A stretch of DNA of 64,000 bases from an uncultured Actinomycetes bacterium (GTDB taxonomy: Bacteria; Actinomycetota; Thermoleophilia; Gaiellales; Gaiellaceae), in the NCBI GenBank assembly GCA_963737405.1, contig CAVTSL010000005.1, positions 226,145-290,144 on the forward strand. The letters are read 5' to 3'. A program made the position numbers and the translations under genes. Positions 20,956 through 32,397 of the stretch are shown in pieces; positions within the stretch are counted from its first letter, which is position 1, and each line of letters starts with the position of its first letter. The notes below the pieces were generated by a model. That model searched no databases. It saw only the letters and a list, made by a program, of their open reading frames with translations, and was not told the DNA's origin.

Positions 20956-20974
20956 CGGCGCCTACGCTAACGCT

Positions 20975-21841
20975 GTGGCCAAGCTCGAGCTGGAGCTCGT
21001 CGGCGCCGGCGGCGAGCCCGTCGACTTCTGGCGCACCGTCAACTCACACGGTCTCAACGACCTGCTTCCGAACCGGATCGACTCGGTCGAGCGGACGCTC
21101 GAGCTGACGCTTCGGCCGGGCCCACAGACGGTCGTCGTGCGCTCGGAGTCGCCGGGGACGCTCGTGATCGAGGGTCGCGCGCCGCGACGCGCCGCGCCCG
21201 CAGTTCGCCACGTTCTGCGCCTCGACGAGGATCTCTCGCCGCTCTACGCGCGCCTCGCCGAGGATCCCGACCTCGACTGGGCCGCGCGCGGCGCGGGCCG
21301 TTGGATGCGCAGCCCCACGGTCTTCGAGGACGTCGTGAAGACGATCTGCACGACGAACTGCGCGTGGTCGGGAACCGTTCGGATGGTCACCGCGCTCGTC
21401 GAGGAGCTCGGCGACGAGTCCGATCGCGGACGCCGAGCGTTTCCGACGCCGGAGACGATGGCGTCGACGCCCGAGCGCTTCTACCGCGACGTCGCGCGCG
21501 CCGGCTACCGCGCCGCGTACCTCCGCTCGCTCGCGTCGTCGGTCGCCTCCGGGGAGCTCGACCTCGAGGCGCTCGCCGAGGACAGTGACCTTCCGGACGA
21601 CGAGGTCGAGAGTCGCCTGCTGGCGCTCCCCGGCGTCGGACCGTACGCGGCGGCGCACGTGATGATGCTGATCGGCCGCTATTCGCGACTCGTGCTCGAT
21701 TCGTGGACGCGCCCGACGTATGCGCGGCTCAACGGGCGCAAGGCGAAGGACACGACGATCGAGCGGCGGTTCCGCCGCTATGGCCCGTACGCCGGGCTCG
21801 CGTTCTGGCTCTACCTCACGCGCGACTGGGTCTCGGACTAG
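20975..21841 (+). CDS. HhH-GPD superfamily DNA glycosylase (AlkA-like DNA-3-methyladenine glycosylase II)
   Basis: 288 aa with GTG start. Helix-hairpin-helix region LLALPGVGPYAAAHVMM and a downstream Asp. Confidence 0.75.
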   Translation: MAKLELELVGAGGEPVDFWRTVNSHGLNDLLPNRIDSVERTLELTLRPGPQTVVVRSESPGTLVIEGRAPRRAAPAVRHVLRLDEDLSPLYARLAEDPDLDWAARGAGRWMRSPTVFEDVVKTICTTNCAWSGTVRMVTALVEELGDESDRGRRAFPTPETMASTPERFYRDVARAGYRAAYLRSLASSVASGELDLEALAEDSDLPDDEVESRLLALPGVGPYAAAHVMMLIGRYSRLVLDSWTRPTYARLNGRKAKDTTIERRFRRYGPYAGLAFWLYLTRDWVSD

Positions 21842-21851
21842 CCTCCCGACC

Positions 21852-21944
21852 GGAGCGGCATGGGCCCGGTGGCCCAGCTGGTCTTCAAAACCAGTGCGGT
21901 CGTGTAGCCCACGGCTCGGTCGGTTCGACTCCGGCGCCGCTCCG
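21852..21944 (+). tRNA. selC: tRNA-Sec (anticodon UCA)
   Basis: Folded by hand. 8-bp acceptor stem GGAGCGGC/GCCGCTCC. 6-bp D stem TGGGCC/GGCCCA with a 4-nt loop. Anticodon loop CTTCAAA (UCA). Long variable arm GTCGTG-TAGCC-CACGGC. 5-bp T stem with a TTCGACT loop. Discriminator G. No encoded CCA. Confidence 0.9.
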
Positions 21945-21960
21945 TCGGTCCGCCCTGGCC

Positions 21961-23065
21961 TCAGGGGAGGAGCGGCGGGAGCTTCGGCGGCTCCACCGGG
22001 AGCGGCGGCAGCTGCACCGGCTGCGTGAGGTCGGGGAGCGGCAGCTGCTCGGTGACCGGCTTCAGGGCGTCGGTCACCGGCGCAAGCGTCTCCTGGACCG
22101 GCTCGACGACGGGATCGAGCGGCGTCGACGGGAGCGCGGGCGGGACGGGCGTCGCCCGCGTCGGGGCCGGCGCGGGCTGAGGTGTGGGGGCCGGTGCCGG
22201 CGAGTGGCCGTGCGGCGTCGAGTCGACCGTCGTCACCGCCTCGGTCGTGATCGACGTGGGCGCGGTTGGGGCAGGCGCCGCTTCGGCACGGGCCGGACCG
22301 ACGATCGCGCGTCGGGCACCGACCTTCTCGGGACGCGCCGCGGGCACGACCGCGGGGCTTGCGGCGGCAGCCGGTGTCCCGCGCGCAGACGTTGCCTGCG
22401 GCGTTGGTGACCTGTGTGGCGCGAGCGCGACCGACGTCCCGACCGCGACCGCAGCCACCGCCACCGCACCGGCCTTCAGCGCCGCTCCGCCGGCGAAGAG
22501 CGATTTCAGGAGGCCCGCGGCCGACGAGAGATCCGCGGCAAGGCGCCGGCGGCGATCGCGCACGGCCTCGGCGAGCTTGCGCCGGGCGCGGAAGATCCAC
22601 GACTCGACCGCGGCGTGCGAGACGCCGAGCTCACGCGCGATTTCCTCGTACGTGAGCCCGTCGAGCGGCACGCAGCACGAACGCGCGCCGCTGACCGTCC
22701 GGGAGCGCCTCGAGCGCGGCGACGAGCTCCGCGTCCAGGCCGAGATCCGGGATCGACCCCGTCGCCGCGACATCCTCGAGGACAGTCGCGTCGAGCGCGA
22801 CCTCCCGGCGCCGGTGCGCGCATGTCGCACGCGTCGCGCAGACGTTGCGCGCGATCGTCAGCAGCCACGCGCGTTCGGACGTCGGCCGGACGCCGCTTCG
22901 AACGGCGCCGAGCACGCGGAGGAACGTCGCCTGCACCGCCTCCTCGGCGTCGTCCCGGTTCCTGAGGCTCTGCAAGCAGAACGCGCGGAGGGCGAGCGCA
23001 TGACGCTCGTAGAGATCGTGGACGACGCGCGGCGCGTCGTCGAACGGCGACGGTGCGATGGCCAC
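21961..23065 (-). pseudogene. ECF-type sigma-70 family factor with one +1 frameshift and an in-frame C-terminal TM plus Pro-rich extension
   Basis: Region 2 (DAEEAVQATFLRVL...ERAWLLTIARNVC) is in the frame ending at 23065. Region 4 (LDGLTYEEIARELGVSHAAVESWIFRARRKL) is in the next frame. The break is at + strand GG 22667-22668. The same frame then encodes a TM helix (GAVAVAAVAVG) and about 170 Pro/Ala/Thr-rich residues. Confidence 0.75.
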
Positions 23066-23194
23066 TGAGCCACCTCAGTGTCGTACGCGCCGGTGACTTT
23101 CGTCAGTCCCTCGAACGGGGGATCCGCGAACGAGGTGCAAGTTTCGGCGCGCCTGCTCGGTCTCTGTCTGCAGCCGCAGCAGAAAGGGGACGCA

Positions 23195-23632
23195 ATGCCG
23201 CCGCTCTTCCCGCATCAGCCGAAGCCGATCCGTGTGCTCATCGTGGACGACCACGCAGGGTACGCCGCGAGCCTCACGGCGATCCTCTCCGGGAACCCCC
23301 GACTGGTCGTGGTCGGGCGGGCGGTCGACGGGCTCGACGCCATCGAGCTCGCGCGTCTCCTTCGCCCCGACGTCGTCGTGATGGACGTCAACATGCCCCG
23401 GCTCGACGGATTCAGCGCCTCCCGGTTGATCCGCCGGGACCGGGAGGACGTCCGGATCGTGATCGTCTCGGGCGAGCCGCGGCTCGACCACCCCTCGCGT
23501 GCCCGTCAGGCCGGCGCGGACGTCTATCTGCCGAAGGACGTCGACTTCGTCACCCTCACGAACGTCGTCGCAGGCGAGACGTCCGGAGAGGAGCCGGGCA
23601 CGTTCTCGGTCGCGTTCGCCACCGCGATCTGA
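23195..23632 (+). CDS. response regulator, receiver domain only
   Basis: ATG at 23195 preceded by AAAGGGGA. Motifs VLIVDDH, DVVVMDVNMPRLDG and DVYLPK. Confidence 0.8.
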   Translation: MPPLFPHQPKPIRVLIVDDHAGYAASLTAILSGNPRLVVVGRAVDGLDAIELARLLRPDVVVMDVNMPRLDGFSASRLIRRDREDVRIVIVSGEPRLDHPSRARQAGADVYLPKDVDFVTLTNVVAGETSGEEPGTFSVAFATAI

Positions 23633-23681
23633 GGTCGCACACGGAGGCGCGGGCCGGGCGGCGGCCGCGCCTCCGGGTGCG

Positions 23682-24644
23682 ATGCTGCGCGGGATGCGCG
23701 CACTGCCGGAGCAGTTCGAGCCCTACGGGTGGGCGATGTCGACGGTCGAGGCCGCCCGGATCGCGGGGATCGACCCCGCGCAGGTGATTCGGTTCGACGG
23801 CAACACGCCGCCCGCGCCGCCTTCGACTGCAACCGCCGACGTCGTGGCGCCGGCGCTCGCCGAGATCCAGCGCTATCCGCACGGTGGCTTCCCGGCGCTG
23901 CTCGACGCGATCGCCGAGTACGCCGGCGTCGATCGGTCGCGGATCGTCCTCGGCGCCGGTGCGGACGACCTCCTGCTGCTCTGCGCTCGGGCGTTCGCGG
24001 GCCCAGGGGACGTCGTCCGCGTGCTCGACGAGCCGACGTACCCGTTGTTCCGGATCGCGGCGTGGCTGGCCGGCGCGGAGGTCGGCGACGAGGGTGCGGT
24101 CGTGACGTTCTGCTGCCGGCCGCACAACCCGACCGGGGCGCTCGGCCCGATCCCCGCGGAGCGGCCGCTCGTCGTCGACGAGGCGTACTTCGAGTTCGGC
24201 GGCGACACGGCTGCAGGGCTCGAAGGCGTGGTCGCGGTCAGGACGTTCTCGAAGGCGTTCGGGCTCGCGGCCGCGCGCGTCGGCTACGCGATCGCCGACG
24301 AGGACGTCGCGGCGGAGCTCGTCGTCCGGCAGGATCCGCTGCCGATCACGACGCTCTCGGCGGCACTCGCGCTCGCGGCGCTGCGCGCCGGGCCGCCGGA
24401 CGTCAGCGCAACGCTCGCGGAGCGGGAGCGGCTCGCTCGTGCGCTCCGGGAGCTCGGCTTCGCGCCGCTGCCGTCGCACGCGAACTTCGTCTACGTGCCG
24501 ACCGATCGAGCTCAGGCTCTGTACGAGCGGTTGCTCGCTCTCGGTCTCGTCGTCCGGCCGTTCGCCGGCGCGATCCGGATCACCGTCCACGAGCCCGCGG
24601 CGAACGGCCGGCTGTTAGACGCGCTCGAGCAGGCGAACCGGTAG
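23682..24644 (+). CDS. histidinol-phosphate aminotransferase family (class I/II PLP aminotransferase)
   Basis: ATG at 23682. Motifs YPHGG, PHNPTG, VVDEAYFEF and the PLP-Lys motif RTFSKAFGLAAARVGY. Confidence 0.8.
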   Translation: MLRGMRALPEQFEPYGWAMSTVEAARIAGIDPAQVIRFDGNTPPAPPSTATADVVAPALAEIQRYPHGGFPALLDAIAEYAGVDRSRIVLGAGADDLLLLCARAFAGPGDVVRVLDEPTYPLFRIAAWLAGAEVGDEGAVVTFCCRPHNPTGALGPIPAERPLVVDEAYFEFGGDTAAGLEGVVAVRTFSKAFGLAAARVGYAIADEDVAAELVVRQDPLPITTLSAALALAALRAGPPDVSATLAERERLARALRELGFAPLPSHANFVYVPTDRAQALYERLLALGLVVRPFAGAIRITVHEPAANGRLLDALEQANR

Positions 24645-26504
24645 CGCGGGATCGAGCACGTCTCGCCACTCGCCTGCGAGGTCCGGCGACGGCGGATCCT
24701 GACCACGCAGCGGTACGACGACCGCGACGTCGTCGCCGCGGAGGAATGCGCACACGTCGTCGCCGAGGTCGAGCGGGCGGTACTCGCCGAGCTCGCGCCG
24801 CGAGCGCAGCGCGAGCGCCTCGCGCAGCACGTGGAGCTTCGGCGGCGGATCGGCGAGCGCGCGCCGGCGCAGCTCGAAGTCGACCGGCCGGCGGTTGTCG
24901 GGATCGACGAGGTTGAGCGACTCGAGCTCGTCGCCCTGGTACACGTCGGCGACGCCGGGAACCGTCACCTTCAGCAGCGTCATCCCGAGTGCGTTGCGAC
25001 GGCCGCGCTCCGCGACGCGGGTCGCGAAGTCCTCGAAGCCGTCCGGCGGATCGGTGACGACGCGCCGGACCGCTTCCTTGACGCGACGCTCGTGCTGCTC
25101 GTTCGGGTTCGACCAGCTCGTGTTCACCTTCGCCTCGCGGAGCGCCTTCTCCATGTAGCTCTCGACGCGCTCGGCCTCGATCGGCCATGCGCCGACGAGC
25201 GTCTGCCAGAGGAGCTCGTCCTCGTTCGGGTCGTCGAGCGCGCGCCACGACTCGCGCCGCGCCGCCCACTCGTCCGCGAGCTCCGCGAGCACGACGATCC
25301 GCGCGCGCACGTCGCCCGAGCGCTTCGTGTCGTGCGTCTGCGTGGCGAGCAGGTGGTTCGGGAACCGCGCCGCCCGCTCGAGGTTCGCCCGGTGGAACTC
25401 GTCGACGGAGAGCGTGAACCGACCGGGGTCGCCGCCGACCTCGTTCAGCGCGGTCAGGCGGAGGTAGCGGTAGAACGCCGTGTCCTCGACGCCCTTGGCC
25501 ATGACCGGCCCGGTCGTCTGCTGGAAGCGCGTCACGAACTCGTCGTGGCCTCGCTCCTCGAGCAGCAGGAGACGGCGTAGTGACGCCTCGACGGACTCGA
25601 GTGCGTCACGGTCCTCCTGCTCGACTCGACCCGTGAGCGGCTCGACGTAGGTGCGGTAGACACGGAGGGAGGCCACCGCGACATCGAGGTGATGGCGATG
25701 TCGATGTCCATCGACATCACGCAGTGACGACTGCAACTTGTCGACCTCGCGGCGAAGGTCGGAGCGGGCCAGCTCGAGCTTGGCCCGATCGGCCACTGAG
25801 GCGAACGAGCCGCCGTCCCCCGTGACCCGCTCGTACCATCGCGTCAGCGTCTCCTCGCCGCGCGGATCGACGAAGAGCGCCGTGACGTCGTTCGCGAACT
25901 CGTAGCCGGTCGTCCCCTCGACCGGCCAGTCGCGTAAGCCCTCCCCCGGCTCCAGGATCTTCTCGACCCAGACGTGGTCGGCCGGCAGCCGCTCGAGGTA
26001 GCCGCGCGGGTCGGCGAGCCCGTCCGGATGGTCGATCCGCAGCCCGTCGACGAGCCCGTCGGCGACGAGCTCGAGCGTCTTGCGGTGCGTCAACTCGAAG
26101 ACGTCCGGATCCTCGATGCGCACGCCCGCGAGATCGTCGATCGTGAAGAAGCGGCGGTACCACCCCGTCGCGGGCTCCCAGTCGAACACCTTCGCCCGCT
26201 GCGCAGGGTCGGCCCAGAACCGGTTCTCGTCGGACACGGCCATGTGGTTCGGGACGACATCGAGCACGATGCCGAGCCCGGCTCCCGCGAGGGCGCGAAA
26301 CGCCTCCTCCCCGCCGAGCTGCTCGGAGACGCGCGTCGGGTCGACGACGTCGTAGCCGTGGGTCGAGCCCCGGCGCGCCTCCATGATCGGCGAGAGATAG
26401 AGGTGCGAGATCCCGAGCTCGCGCAGGTACGGAACGACCGCGCGCGCCTCGTCGAACCCGAACCCCGGCCGCAGCTGCAGCCGGTACGTCGAGGTGAGCC
26501 TCAC
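24615..26504 (-). CDS. treY: malto-oligosyltrehalose synthase
   Basis: GTG at 26504 overlaps the glgX stop. N-terminus TSTYRLQLRPGFGFDEARAVVPYLRELGISHLYLSP. Also VPNHM, GLRIDHPDGL, GTTGYEF and THDTKRSGD. Confidence 0.9.
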   Translation of the reverse strand: MRLTSTYRLQLRPGFGFDEARAVVPYLRELGISHLYLSPIMEARRGSTHGYDVVDPTRVSEQLGGEEAFRALAGAGLGIVLDVVPNHMAVSDENRFWADPAQRAKVFDWEPATGWYRRFFTIDDLAGVRIEDPDVFELTHRKTLELVADGLVDGLRIDHPDGLADPRGYLERLPADHVWVEKILEPGEGLRDWPVEGTTGYEFANDVTALFVDPRGEETLTRWYERVTGDGGSFASVADRAKLELARSDLRREVDKLQSSLRDVDGHRHRHHLDVAVASLRVYRTYVEPLTGRVEQEDRDALESVEASLRRLLLLEERGHDEFVTRFQQTTGPVMAKGVEDTAFYRYLRLTALNEVGGDPGRFTLSVDEFHRANLERAARFPNHLLATQTHDTKRSGDVRARIVVLAELADEWAARRESWRALDDPNEDELLWQTLVGAWPIEAERVESYMEKALREAKVNTSWSNPNEQHERRVKEAVRRVVTDPPDGFEDFATRVAERGRRNALGMTLLKVTVPGVADVYQGDELESLNLVDPDNRRPVDFELRRRALADPPPKLHVLREALALRSRRELGEYRPLDLGDDVCAFLRGDDVAVVVPLRGQDPPSPDLAGEWRDVLDPALPVRLLERV

Positions 26505-28618
26505 CAGCCGCGGCGAAGCACGAGGATCGAGCGCGACTCGACCGGCACCCCTGCGCGCGCCGTGTACGAGCGCGCGCCCTCCTGCACCTCCGGCTCGGCG
26601 GTCGAGAGCGCGAATTGCCAGCGCGCCCCGAACCGCTTCGTCGGCAGCTTGAACTCGATCGACTCGTAGTGCCCGTTGAAGAGCAGCAGGAAGCTCGCGT
26701 CGACGACCGGCTCGCCCTGCGGCGTCTGCGTCGCGATCTCCTCGCCGTTCAGGAAGACGCCGATCGCACGCGCGTCGCCACGGCGCCAGTCCCGCTGCGT
26801 CATGCGGCGGCCGTCGGGCCGCATCCACCACACGTCGGGCAGATCGGAACCGGGGGAGCCGCGGCCCTCGAGAAACGCCGGGCGGCGAAAGACGGGATGT
26901 GCGCGCCGGAGCGCGATCAGCCGGCGGGTGAACTCGACGAGTGCGCGCTGGTCGTCGTCCCAGTGCCAGTGGAACCACGACAGCGCGTTGTCCTGGCACC
27001 ACGCGTTGTTGTTGCCGTGCTGCGTGCGCCCGAACTCGTCGCCCCCGAGCAGCATCGGCACGCCCTGCGAGAGGAGCAGCGTCGTCAGGAAGTTGCGCTG
27101 CTGGCGCTGCCGCAGCGCACGGATCCCGGGATCGTCGGTCGGCCCCTCGGCGCCGTGGTTCCACGAGCGGTTGTCGTCGGTCCCGTCACGGTTCGCCTCA
27201 CCGTTCGCCTCGTTGTGCTTGTCGTTGTACGAGACGAGGTCGGCGAGCGTGAACCCGTCGTGCGCCGTGATGAAGTTGATCGAGGCGAACGGGCGCCGTC
27301 CGTCCTTCTCGTAGAGGTCGGCGGAGCCGGTGAAGCGCGTGACGAAGTCCGCGACGTTCTCCTGCCCGCGCCAGAAGTCGCGCATCGTGTCGCGGTAGAG
27401 CCCGTTCCACTCGGTCCAGAGCACCGGGAAGTTGCCGACCTGGTAGCCGCCCGGCCCGACGTCCCACGGCTCGGCGATCAGCTTCACCTGGCTGAGCACC
27501 GGATCCTGGTGGATCGTGTCGAAGAACGTCGACAGTCGATCGACCTCGTAGAACTCGCGCGCGAGCGCGGACGCGAGGTCGAAGCGGAACCCGTCGACGT
27601 GGCAGTCGATCACGAAGTACCGAAGCGAGTCCATGATCAGCCGCAGCACCGACGGGTGCACCGGGTTGAGCGAGTTGCCCGTGCCGGTGAAGTCCATGTA
27701 GTGGCGCGGGTCGTCCGGCATCAGCCGGTAGTAGCTCGAGTTGTCGACGCCCTTGAACGAGAGCAGCGGACCGAGGTGATTGCCCTCGGCGGTGTGGTTG
27801 TAGACGACGTCGAGGATCACCTCGATCCCGGCCGCGTGGAGCGCCTTGACCATCCCCTTGAACTCGCGCACCTGCTCGCCGCGCGTCCCGGTCGCGGCGT
27901 AGAGCGCGTGCGGCGCGAGGAAGCCGATCGAGCTGTAGCCCCAGTAGTTCGTGAGCCCTCGATCGACGAGGAAGCTCTCGTCCGCGATGTGGTGCACCGG
28001 CAGGAGCTCGACCGCGGTCACGCCGAGGCGCTTGAAGTGCTCGATCGCCGCGTCGCTCGCGAGGCCGGCGTACGTGCCGCGCAGGTCCTCCCGCACCTCG
28101 GGGTGCAGCTTCGTGAAGCCCTTCACGTGCGTCTCGTAGATGACGGTGTCCTGCCACGGCGTGCGCGGCGGGCGGTCGCCCTCCCAGTCGAACCACCCGT
28201 CGACGACGACGCACTTCGGGATCGCGGGCGAGGAGTCCGACTCGTCGATGCGCAGGTCGGCGTCGGCGCTCCCGTCGGGCACGTACGGCAGCGTGTTTGC
28301 GCGCCTGTAGTCGACGGGGCCCTCGATCGCCTTGGCGTACGGGTCGATCAGGAGCTTCGCGGGATTGAAGCGCTGCCCCTGCTCCGGGCTGTACGGCCCG
28401 TGGACGCGGAACGCGTAGCGGGTTCCCGGCCCGATCCCCGGCAGGAAACCGTGCCAGTTGAACGCCGTGCGCTCGGTGAGGTCGAGACGCGTCTCGTCGC
28501 TGTCGTCGTAGAGGCAGAGCTCGACGCGCTCCGCATGCTCGGAGAAGATCGAGAAGTTCGTCCCGTCGCCCGTCCAGGTTGCGCCGAGCGGGAACGGCTC
28601 GCCGGGCCAGACCCTCAT
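26501..28618 (-). CDS. glgX: glycogen debranching enzyme
   Basis: 705 aa. GH13 motifs DVVYNHT, GFRFDLA, EPWD and FITAHDGF. N-terminus MRVWPGEPFPLGATW. ATGA overlap with the treZ stop. Confidence 0.92.
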   Translation of the reverse strand: MRVWPGEPFPLGATWTGDGTNFSIFSEHAERVELCLYDDSDETRLDLTERTAFNWHGFLPGIGPGTRYAFRVHGPYSPEQGQRFNPAKLLIDPYAKAIEGPVDYRRANTLPYVPDGSADADLRIDESDSSPAIPKCVVVDGWFDWEGDRPPRTPWQDTVIYETHVKGFTKLHPEVREDLRGTYAGLASDAAIEHFKRLGVTAVELLPVHHIADESFLVDRGLTNYWGYSSIGFLAPHALYAATGTRGEQVREFKGMVKALHAAGIEVILDVVYNHTAEGNHLGPLLSFKGVDNSSYYRLMPDDPRHYMDFTGTGNSLNPVHPSVLRLIMDSLRYFVIDCHVDGFRFDLASALAREFYEVDRLSTFFDTIHQDPVLSQVKLIAEPWDVGPGGYQVGNFPVLWTEWNGLYRDTMRDFWRGQENVADFVTRFTGSADLYEKDGRRPFASINFITAHDGFTLADLVSYNDKHNEANGEANRDGTDDNRSWNHGAEGPTDDPGIRALRQRQQRNFLTTLLLSQGVPMLLGGDEFGRTQHGNNNAWCQDNALSWFHWHWDDDQRALVEFTRRLIALRRAHPVFRRPAFLEGRGSPGSDLPDVWWMRPDGRRMTQRDWRRGDARAIGVFLNGEEIATQTPQGEPVVDASFLLLFNGHYESIEFKLPTKRFGARWQFALSTAEPEVQEGARSYTARAGVPVESRSILVLRRGW

Positions 28619-30150
28619 CGCCGGAGCTCCACGGTCTTCGCGTCGAAGTCCGCGACGAGCTCGACCGAGCCGCGTCGCGCGCGCAGCAGCGAGCCGTCGA
28701 CCTCGACCTCGATCTCGCGCGGGAGCTCGCGCCGGAGCGCGATCAGCTCACGGTAGAACGCACGTAGCTCCACGTCGGCCGCCGAGCGATCGAGCTTCGA
28801 GCGCTCGAACGTCTCGAGCGCCTGCGGGTCCGGCACGTCGTCCGCGGAGAACCCCGCGAAGCCGGCGAACTCGCGCCGCCGACCTTCGCGCGTCGCCTGG
28901 GCGACGACCGGGTCGATGTGGTCGGTGAAGAACTGGAACGGCCGCCGCTCGCCGTACTCCTCGCCCTGGAAGAGCAGCGGCGTCTGCGGGGCGAACAGCA
29001 CGACGGCGGCGCGCAGTCGCAGCTCGTCGGTCGCGGGACGATCCCCCACAGCACGATTTCCGACCTGATCGTGGTTCTGCGACTCGACGACGAGGCGCTC
29101 CGCGGGCCTGCGCCGGAGCTCGCCGGCGAGCCCCTCGAGCGAGCCGTAGCTCGCGTAGTAGCCCTCGCGCTCACCCGTCAGCCGCGCGTGCAGCTCGTGG
29201 TGAAGCTCGTCGGCCCACTGCGCGTCGTGACCCCACTCCTCGATCGGGCGCAGGTCGCCGGTCGCCATCTCCGACATGACGAGTGCCCGCGGGTTGATCG
29301 CCCGGACGCGCTCGGCGAGCTCCGCGAGCACGTGCCGCGGCCCGTCGTCGAACACCGCATGCACGGCGTCGAGCCGGAGGCCGTCGACCCGGTAGTCGCG
29401 CACCCAGAGCTCGGCGTTCTGGATCGCCCACTCGCGCACGGCCGGCTGCTCGTAGTCGAGCGCCGGGCCCCAGAACGTCTCGTGACGGTCGGTGAAGTAC
29501 GGCCCGAACGCACGCAGCACCTCGGCGCCGGGACCGACGTGGTTGTAGACGACGTCGAGCACGACGCCGAGACCGAGCTCGTGCGCAGCGTCGACGAAGC
29601 GGGCAAACGCCTCGGGACCGCCATACGAGAAGTGCGGCGCAGACGTGTAGAGACCGTCGTACCCCCAGCCGCGTGTCCCTGGAAACGTCGCGACAGGCAT
29701 CACCTCGACCGCCGTCACGCCGAGCTCCTTCAGCTCGGGCAGGTGCCCGATCGCGCCGTCGAACGTGCCGTCCTCGCTGAACGTGCCGACGTGAAGCTCG
29801 TAGAGCACGAGCTCCTCGAGCCGCAGCCCCTCCCACGTCGCAGCGCTCCACCGGAACCTCGATGTGTCGAGCACGCGCGAGGGGCCGAGCACTCCCTCGG
29901 GCTGCCACCGCGACGTGGGGTCGCCGAGAGCCTCGCCGTCCACGACGTAGAGGTAGTCGTCGCCGTGCCGAGCGGCCGCGGCGCCGCGCCAGAAGCCGTC
30001 GTCGCCGCGCTCGAGCGCTTCGTCGCGACCGTTCACGCGCGCGGCGAGCGAGGACACCTCGGGCGCCCAGACCTCGAAGTCGACGACCTCCGGGTCGCGA
30101 GGAACGGCGCCGAGCACGGCGGTGAAGGTACCGATGGGGCGTCCGGTCAC
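28615..30150 (-). CDS. treZ: malto-oligosyltrehalose trehalohydrolase
   Basis: 511 aa. Motifs FEVWAP, DVVYNHVGP, GLRLDAVHA and QNHDQVGNR. Confidence 0.9.
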   Translation of the reverse strand: MTGRPIGTFTAVLGAVPRDPEVVDFEVWAPEVSSLAARVNGRDEALERGDDGFWRGAAAARHGDDYLYVVDGEALGDPTSRWQPEGVLGPSRVLDTSRFRWSAATWEGLRLEELVLYELHVGTFSEDGTFDGAIGHLPELKELGVTAVEVMPVATFPGTRGWGYDGLYTSAPHFSYGGPEAFARFVDAAHELGLGVVLDVVYNHVGPGAEVLRAFGPYFTDRHETFWGPALDYEQPAVREWAIQNAELWVRDYRVDGLRLDAVHAVFDDGPRHVLAELAERVRAINPRALVMSEMATGDLRPIEEWGHDAQWADELHHELHARLTGEREGYYASYGSLEGLAGELRRRPAERLVVESQNHDQVGNRAVGDRPATDELRLRAAVVLFAPQTPLLFQGEEYGERRPFQFFTDHIDPVVAQATREGRRREFAGFAGFSADDVPDPQALETFERSKLDRSAADVELRAFYRELIALRRELPREIEVEVDGSLLRARRGSVELVADFDAKTVELRR

Positions 30151-30164
30151 CGCGCGATCCTCCT

Positions 30165-30525
30165 GTGGTGCGAACGCACAATCACCTGCGGGAGTTTCTG
30201 CGCCGCAGCCCGAAGACGCCGCACCTCCGGCTGAGGCGACGACTGGTTGCGGCGCTCGTGCTCGTCGGCATCGTCGACGTGATCTGCACCGTGCTGATGT
30301 GGATGTTCGAGGACGACGCCGTGCGCAGCGAGATCCACAACCTCTGGGACGCGTTCTTCTTCACGACCGTCCAGCTGCTCACGGTCTCGTCGCAGATGCG
30401 AAACCCGGTCACGACACCCGGGCGGATCGTCGACATCTTCCTCGAGCTCAACGCGCTCTGTCTCGTGACGGGCATCGCCGGCGCGTTCGCGTCGTTCTTC
30501 CTCGACCTCGGGAGCCAGGCGGACG

Positions 30526-30551
<26 letters not shown>
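30165..30551 (+). CDS. two-TM ion channel family protein (potassium-channel-like pore domain with a degenerate filter)
   Basis: 128 aa with high GC3. Layout is TM1, pore-helix-like [16 protein letters not shown], then TM2. There is no GYG. The 3' end overlaps convergent glgB by 26 nt. Confidence 0.6.
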
Positions 30552-32393
<1,842 letters not shown>

Positions 32394-32397
<4 letters not shown>

